From: Dimorphilus gyrociliatus
Lineage: Eukaryota > Animalia > Annelida
Direction: 5' to 3'
NCBI GenBank assembly: GCA_904063045.1
Contig: CAJFCJ010000007.1
Location: 3,727,404 to 3,791,403 of the forward strand
Length of the DNA stretch: 64,000 nucleotides
Made by a program: the position numbers and the translations under genes. The notes under the pieces are model-generated. The model was not told the origin of the DNA, searched no databases, and saw only the letters and a list, made by a program, of their open reading frames with translations. Shown piece by piece: positions 56,232-64,000 of this stretch (the first letter of the stretch is position 1; each line of letters begins with the position of its first letter).

Positions 56232-59200
56232 TCAAGCTTCCTCCATAGGTTCGGAACTATCGGAGTTGAAAGAGGAAGAACGTTCGTAGGAGCTGTTAAA
56301 AAACATACATAAATAAATTAAGTTAACTGGGAGAAGCAGAATAATAAGATGTCGAATTAAAATATCAATATGAATAATTAATAATTTAATTACCTTCTTT
56401 GCGCCATCGATAAAGATGCTGCCTGTGATGCAAGGGCCGAAACTGTATCACCATCTTCGCACCACTCAACATGAGCCATATCGATGTACTTCAAGTGACG
56501 GTCGAGGAACGGCCAGTAGGGCTGCTGAAGCCGCACGACCTCTTCAATAGTACTTACTGCTGACGGAAAAGGACGTTTTTGCAATTGTTCGTCGCTTATC
56601 ATCGACGTTTGCTCCGAAAGAAGAGCTCTAACACATTGCTCACACGATTCGACCGTCGACTTGAGCTCGTAGCCACCTTCCAAAACAAGGACGAGTCTAC
56701 CCTGAGCCAGCTGCTTCAATTGTTTTGTCATCCATCCAAAAAGGGCAGGGGATAGATTGTAGCCACCCAAAGGCGCTGGATGACCAGAAGCTCCGTCGAA
56801 TCCGGCCGATACGAGAACTATTTCCGGTTCAAAAGATAAGGCAATAGGCATAACAACTGAACGAAAGGCAGCTAAATATTCAGCGTCCCCCATGGGCGGA
56901 TTCAGTTTACCAGAAAAGGCAATGTTAACATTAAAACCTAAACCCATATCTATACCACATTCCGTAGGCGCTCCCGTTCCCGGGAAAAAATTACCATCAT
57001 CATGACGGTGTAGGCTAATGTACAGAACTCGTGAATCGGCATAAAATATACTCTGTGTTGAATTTCCATGGTGAACATCCCAATCGACCACAAGAATTCT
57101 TCTTAATTTTGCTCGATCAAGCAGAGATTTTGTAGCAATTGCAATATTATTAAAATAGCAGAATCCCATAGGTCTTGTTGGCTCGGCATGATGACCGGGT
57201 GGTCGGACGAGAGCAAACCCACTTGAAATTTCTCCCATTAAGACCTTATGTGCTAATTCAATGCTTCCACCTGCTGCCATTCGAGCGGCCATTGGCGTCC
57301 ATTCTTCGTTCCAAACTGTGTCAGGATCGACACCTATACCTCCACAAGGCAGTGTGTAAAATTTTTGCGTCCCAATAAACATCATTTTATCTAGCTGATT
57401 ACGATTTGGGCCTGTTGTACCGTATAACAATGAATACGGCTCGGAATGACATGTTTGTAATTCAACCATTGAGGCCTTTCGGCATTTTATCCTAATACTT
57501 TTTTCAACTAAGTTCGCAGCCGATATATGTGTCCATATCGATTTCAAACGTTCGGGATGTTCTGGATGCCTTTCATGCTCGCCACAAACGCAATCATGTT
57601 TTAACGTGTCTTCATCATAGACTAATCCTACTGAGGTCGAACGTTCGTCAACAGATGAATTACAACTGGAAAATTTCGCCTTTATCAGAGGCGAAGGAGG
57701 AGAATCTCTCGACGTCGTTCTGGCCTTTCGTAAATGCTTTGAATTTGTAACTAACGCTAATGGTTGATCATTTTTCGGGGAACCCACAACGACCACATCT
57801 TCTTCTTCTTCAGTACTACTACGTAGTTCTTTTGATTTGTGCAAAAGTTTACTCTGCAGTTGTTGTTTGGCAAGCGATAATTTATCGTTCGATACAGCAT
57901 TCGGTACCGGAATAGGAGCAGAAGTCGTCCTATTTAATGTTACCGAAACTGCTGCGATTGCTGCTGCATATTGATGTTGTAGCCGAATTAAATCATTTGC
58001 ATTCGTCGTCGTCGTCGAATCGGCGGGAACGGTAAATGGTACACCAAATGAAGGAGGAATGAAACCAGATATATATGGCGCTGGAAACGTATGTGGGATT
58101 TTGTCGTGAGCGTTCGAAAGAGTAGGCGGCGGTAGATGAGGGATAGCTCTGGTCATATCCGGAAGGCTTATCATTTTGTTAAGATGCTGAACGGCACTTG
58201 AATCTTCGCATGAACCCGGTGTGGAGTCAGTCGATACTTGAGAACTGTGTGGGGAATTTGGGCCCGAATCTGGATTGCTATTTGGCAAAGCCTCTACTGT
58301 TAACGGCAAAATGTTAAGAAAAAGATTCAGTAAGATTTTCAAACATGAAATGTAGAAATAAATTTAACAACATAGTCATTCATTTAGATAAAATTGCTTA
58401 GGATAGCTTTAGGCAGCAAGCAGTAAGGATAGGAAAAGAATAAAGCATTCATAAATAAATTAATATATATATATATTGTATATTTATAGATGCTTGAGTT
58501 CATATACTGTATATATATATATATATATATCTCTATTTATAACAAAAAAAAAAGAGCATCATGTGCGAACAGGACTCACTGGAAATTGGATTTGTCCTTT
58601 TTAGCCTTTCCCTACGTTGTTGAAGTAAAGGACTCGATCGTCTTTCCAACATTTTCTGTTTCAGAGCTAGGCGTACTTTCAGATTCGGTTCTGATGCTAG
58701 ATAGCATAAAAAATAGCACAAAAAGCATTTTTTAAATAGTTTAGAATAGAGGCATTGGAATAAATAATCATTGATAAAAATTATAAGAGTTATACAGATA
58801 ATAATCAATAAAGCAAGGTAGAGCGATAAATGAATAGAATCGAAATAGGTTAATCGTTGAAGCTACAAGCAGGCAACCGTCGACGTCGGCACTCACATCT
58901 GTTTCGATGTAAATATCGTCTGTGTATTCTCGGACTGGAGAATTCTACCCTGTGTTCTTTTAGGTTCAACGTCGAAGGATGCTTAGTCATTACCGGTTCG
59001 GATACTGTTTACGGAATTGTCAGATGATGGTCTCAACAAAGTAATCTTGACTAGTTTATGTTTTTAGTATAAAATAGTTGACTTTAATGTACTTACAGAC
59101 TTTCCTTAAGGGATGATCTAGATCATCGTAAGGCCCATATAAATGAGCAGCCCTATAAGGAGGTGAAGAACCATGAGCTGGCGGCGATTGCTGTTCCAAA

Positions 59201-61138
59201 GAACCGTGATGGGTTTGTCCCCATTGGTTTTTCAAAGGCGGGCTACCAATACCGCCCTTTTCTTTTTGTTTACTTTGGATTTTATTCCGAAGAATTTCTT
59301 TAACAGCCGATGAGGCTTCAGCACTTTCTTTATCCTTATTCTTCTTTTTAAGTTCTTCTAATTTCTTAAGTACAACCGCCTTTTGATTCTCTTCCTGAGC
59401 GGCTAATGATTTATGATGTTCTAATTCGGCTAGTTGCATTTGCAGTACATGGCGTTGTCTATCCTGTGCAAGCGACATTTTCAATTGCGCTTGCGAGAAA
59501 TGTTCCATGAGTATTTGCTGCTGATGAGCGTGCAGCTTTTGCAGTTCGATTAAAGAGTAGTTTGGGTTAGCGGCGTCGTTTATAGGCGCTGTATTCTTGC
59601 CTCTTTCTAAATGAAAAAAAAAATAATAACAAATAATACAATAAAGTTCTATGAATAGACTGAGAAAAATAAAAATAAATATTAATCAATTATATGAAGG
59701 TTATACTAGAATAGAAAAAATTTTTTACTATATATCTCTTACCAAACCCAGATGGGGCGGGTCTAATAGGGTACCGTATCATGTCGAAAAAAATCGATGT
59801 TCTTGCACCGTAAACGATGTAAGAAACAGACTCTACATGAAATAAGACGATTGCGCCACCTAACGTCCCTTTATTAGAGCAAGTCCCAGGGTAAAATAAT
59901 GAATACTGCTCGACACAGATTCGATTTGAATTCTTACTATAAACGTCTTTCTTCCGGGTTAGAAAGAACTTCAAAGAGGAGCAATTCTATAAATATCCAG
60001 AGTGGCACAATTTTGTATAAAATCAAATGTGAAAAAAACGCATGACGCCGCCTACGCGGCTCAAGATAAAAATAGAAACTGCATGAGAAGCGTCTAAGGG
60101 ACATAAATAGAAATAAAAACAGCGTCCCCTTTCTCGGACTATAAAGGGCGCCATCTACGACCATCACCTAAAAAACGGGAAATTGCCAACATTTTTTACG
60201 CAATTAAAAAACCGCGTCCGAAAATAGCAGGATGAGAATTTATAAATAGAACGTTCTATTTTTGAACTCCTTCGTACCGTAAATAGTTGGCATCCTTCTC
60301 TGTTGCTTTCGTAGATGCATTATGCTCAGAACATCACCCGTTAAAATCCTTTTCTCAGGCATGTTTAGTTCTGATCAGTTTGAAGACTGACAACATTCTA
60401 TGACTGTAACGCCCTTGTCTGACCAATCAGCGATCGAATCACGTAACATCCACCGAATGTTATTCGACGGAACAATGGGATGACGATCGGTTACATAATA
60501 AGTCGGAGGTAAGCGTCTAAATTGGTCCGGCAGAGGCGTCTTTCCGACGACTGCACGCTGAGCTTTATGAGTACCGAAAGTGAGGGACCACTGTTACGCA
60601 ACTTTTGGGACGCTGAGCCGAAAACAAATAGATGCTAACCGCCTATAAGCACTTACGACAATAAAAAACAACGCATCTGAATGACGTAACTTCCGTCACT
60701 CGTTCGACTCGTATTGTATTTATATAGAACAAGCAAAGAAAAGCCAAGTTCCTTTGCGAGCAACTATTACATCACGAAGCACACGACCAAAGATTATTAC
60801 ATCATTGTGCTACAATAGTGGAATGACGTTACAAATTGTCCGGCGGTCGTCGTTTAGCGAGATTACGATCGATTTTTCTTTCTTGCATCTGACAGAGAAC
60901 GCGCGAGTGCTTCCCAAGCAACGCCCTAGCGTTTCGTCGAACTTGACACACTTTCTTTGTTAATTAGCCCGAAAAATGATTTAACATACAAACATTATAT
61001 ATCAGACGCATGAAGAGTCCCTAACAACACGAGAAACAACGAGAAGAGACGAGATTGGACGAGACAGACGATAGTCGGTTCTACGAGAATTTGTATACAA
61101 AATCTAACAAACTTACCTTCGTTTTCCTCGTTAGACAT
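56232..61138 (-). CDS. HDAC4: Class IIa histone deacetylase (HDAC4/5/7/9 ortholog)
   Basis: First exon 61138-61117 (MSNEENE). Gln-rich and MEF2-binding exon about 59608-59097 (SAEASSAVKEIL). LRKVS|SEPNLK 14-3-3 site and ERRSSPLL. Whole catalytic domain in exon 58295-56395 (CVCGEHERHPEH, RPPGHHAE, DWDVHHGN, SAGFD, LEGGY). NES TVSALAS. Last exon ends SEPMEEA-stop at 56232. Confidence 0.96.
58897..59004 (-). other. Candidate 108-nt in-frame cassette exon of the HDAC
   Basis: CTGAC branch-like site, taaacag|, open phase 1-1 frame (L)SEPVMTKHPSTLNLKEHRVEFSSPRIHRRYLHRNR(S), then |gtgagt. Confidence 0.55.
60421..60697. promoter_or_regulatory. Promoter-like GC-richer island in HDAC intron 1 (CCAAT box, composite CRE-like/ETS site)
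   Basis: GACCAATCAGC at 60421-60431 and TGACGTAACTTCCG near 60682-60695. Confidence 0.35.
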
Positions 61139-63211
61139 TGCCTATAACCTAGATCATAGCCAAATATTTTCGCTCCGATGTGTTAAACGGGCAAAAATCC
61201 GATAAAATAGGCGAATCTACCGATAGAAGAGGTTACAACGCAAAACTGCTATGATTATGCTGCTATTTTTGGAAACACAGCGACACACAGCGGCTGAGCA
61301 AAAATAGTAACTTTACTAAACGATCGGGCTAGGGCTGCCGTTGGCATTCTACTTCCATTATTTTTTAACAGGCCTAATTGTCAATTAACCCGCCTTCATT
61401 GCCCGCTCGACCAATGATCCAGAGTGTAAACAATCCTAGTGCCAGCTGTTTTGGATGCTTCTTGCATATGTAGGCCTATTTACACGTATATACACACTGA
61501 TGTACGAACTAAACCCTCTAGTATTTATTAGTTGGTGGTATTGCGCACTTCCTTCCTATGTCATCTTTCAGATAACAAAGAGATATTACAGAATGTTGGC
61601 CACGTTTTAAATGTTTGCCCTATTAATAGAACAACAATGCCATCTTTCAGGCTTTTTAAGTACAACGCTGTAAATTCCCTATGTATTTATTCCTCAATAA
61701 TTCATAATAATATGCAAATGAAAAAAAAATGAGACAGCCTATTTTTACACAATTGTGTGTATTTTCATTTAAAATCCAATATATGTTTTTTACAGATAAA
61801 TTAGAAATCAGCTAAAGAGGTCAAAGACCACAAGGACAATGCGTATATGCGCGTATAAAAAAAAATCGTGTCCTAAATATTTTGTATTGATAGGCGGATG
61901 TCGTTATATCTATCGTATATATATATATAGTTTATAATATATATATATAGTTTTTTTTTCAGGGCATAGATTGTATAGTGACAAAAAAACTCATCACAAT
62001 TTTCCACTTAATTGCTAAATAGTCCATCGAATATTCTATAAAAAGAAGCTATTTAATAATAATCAAATTTTGTTATATATATCTATATATATAGCATATT
62101 TATATATACTGCTGATGTATATATAGACATAAAATATATATAAATATATATTTTACTATTTTTAGATCACAATAAAAATCTCTTCCGAGGGGGTTGTTAT
62201 GTAATTTATTGCATAATAAATCTAAAAGCAATTAATTAAAGTACGTGTATTTGGATCGTTTTGAAGTTCACTTTGCTTTTTTTAAATCGTAAATGTTTTA
62301 GTAAATAGAAATGAAATATAGGTAAATCTGTGGGTATTAATTGTATCTCGTGACAATCATAATATGGGGTAATGCAAAAATACATCAAAAGATGGCACTG
62401 TTAAATTGTTACCTTACAAGAAAATGCTATTATGGGAGCTTGCTTAGCGCGCTTTTTATTGGATGTCTATCTGTCTGTCTGTTTTTTTTTACATGTGCAT
62501 ATAAATACAATATATACATATACAAGTATACATATAGTATACTTTATACATAGATTACACATTAACCGATATCGTACAACTAACCTATTTCTTAGGAAAA
62601 GACAAGGACTTGTCTTAACTGTAAATTTAACATAAAAAAAATGAAATTTTAGATGTGTTTGATCAGCTGCCAAATGTAAGTACATTCTGATTTTAAAATC
62701 TATAGAATTTGACCATAATTTATTATAAATAACATAAAAAACGTTACATATTTTTGATCTACGGAGGTTAACTACAATCTTTATATTTCCTCTTTTTTTT
62801 TGATCATAATAAACAGACAGTAAATAGTATAAAATATTCAATACAGATGGCGCTTTAATTTTTCCTATTGTATTCATTTACCTTGCCCACTTCAAGGCCA
62901 TTGAACTAATAAAAAACTGGAAAACTGTTCGATGACGTTTAAAAACCATTACATGACCTTAATACAACGCATGTTGGGAATTTCGAGAAAAAAAATTAAG
63001 GGTTATCTATATTTAGAGATATCTATGTCGTCAATGATAATAATTTGCGTAGGACGAGGCCTATCTGTAAATAATTTATTCCCTTATGTTAAGGAAACGT
63101 CACGCAATAATTCATAGGACCTTGGCGAGCCTTATTCAATATATTATAATGATAAAAAATAGAAAATAAGAATAATCATTAAACTAAGTAACTTACCTGA
63201 AAATAATAAAT

Positions 63212-64000
63212 CTATTGGACTATAATATTATCCGATTGAGATGTTATAAACGTATGCAGTTTTTTAGATAGCTCCTTTCCAACTTTTCGACTCGTAGATA
63301 CTAAGCCAGCTCCCCTTCTCACTTCGATATTTTGCAATAAATGCTGCGCCTCAGTAATAGGTACGCGTTCATATGCCTGATTACATTAATTAAGTGCAAC
63401 CAGATTATACGGATTAGTAGCGAGCAAAAAACAAAAAATTACCTGTAGTAGATTGGATGGCGTTGGATAGTGTGAGACTATGGCGTTGGCTACGTCCGTA
63501 CTGACGTTTTTAAACTGTTGCAATTGATTCTTCCAAATGTGAGAAACTCCAGAGCCGTCATCGGCTACGCGTAAGCTTCCGCTACTCTCTGCATGAAATG
63601 AAAAGTTAGACTCCATCCGTTGCTTTCTATAAATTAAAAAAAATATATCTTAGCAAGTATTGAGTTTAAACAAATCTAGTGTTTACTTAAAAGGGTACTC
63701 AGCGATGGCTTTTGCATAATGAGCTATTGCTGTTGCAATATCGGCGTCTTTTTCGAAAAACCGAAATATAACGTTAAATTTTATTTGAATTTCGATTAAA
63801 GCTTGATCGATTTCGTTTTTGGTTACTTGAAATGTTGAATTATACTCATTTTTTCGATTTCCTTGACACTTGGCTTTATAAGCTTTGTTTTCTTTTCGAC
63901 GTTGATCTCTATAAATAGAACAAAATAATTGAGGGCGTGTTTACGAGGCTTTTGTATCTATTTATAAACCTGTAATGATCGTCTAAGCCTTTTACAAATA
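63212..64000 (-). CDS. EME1: Crossover junction endonuclease EME1 (MUS81 partner), 3' part; 5' end lies outside the window
   Basis: EIDQALIEIQ..YAKAIAEYPFK, FSFHAES..GVSHIWKNQLQQFKNVSTDVANAIVSHYPTP, NIEVRRGAGLVSTSRKVGKELSKKLH match the EME1 ERCC4-like and HhH C-terminus. Stop TAG at 63212. Confidence 0.9.

Noticed and set aside
63212-63360. Apparent frameshift in the last EME1 exon
   Set aside because: Re-reading gives a continuous frame (AGLVSTSRKVGKELSKKLH).

Overview
AT-rich animal genomic DNA from a very compact genome: introns are mostly 50-100 nt with GT-AG ends, and gene density is about one per 4 kb. It is probably a lophotrochozoan; the style resembles the miniaturised annelid Dimorphilus, which is a guess. 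The ORF track breaks at introns and uses non-ATG starts, so gene models were spliced by hand. Gene order: HECW/NEDL E3 ligase (+), MGA-domain (DUF4801) protein without T-box or bHLH (-), divergent H2B-like histone-fold ORF (+), ankyrin-pseudokinase (-), FMNL formin (+), UBA-UBX-SHP-LRR gene (+) with an atypical Rho GTPase nested antisense in one intron, nAChR alpha subunit (+), small TM orphan (-), tandem-CARD-only gene (-), orphan membrane protein (+), single-exon CREB (-), two tandem SAMHD1-like dNTPases (+), IgSF receptor (-), WSC/C-type lectin receptor (+), class IIa HDAC (-), and the 3' part of EME1 (-). Top finding: SAMHD1 copy 1 carries two homologous 92-nt exons in tandem with identical phases. 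Both encode the helix that lines the catalytic and allosteric dNTP sites, and they look like mutually exclusive exons that swap specificity residues. No CRISPR arrays, rRNA, tRNA or recognisable transposons were found.
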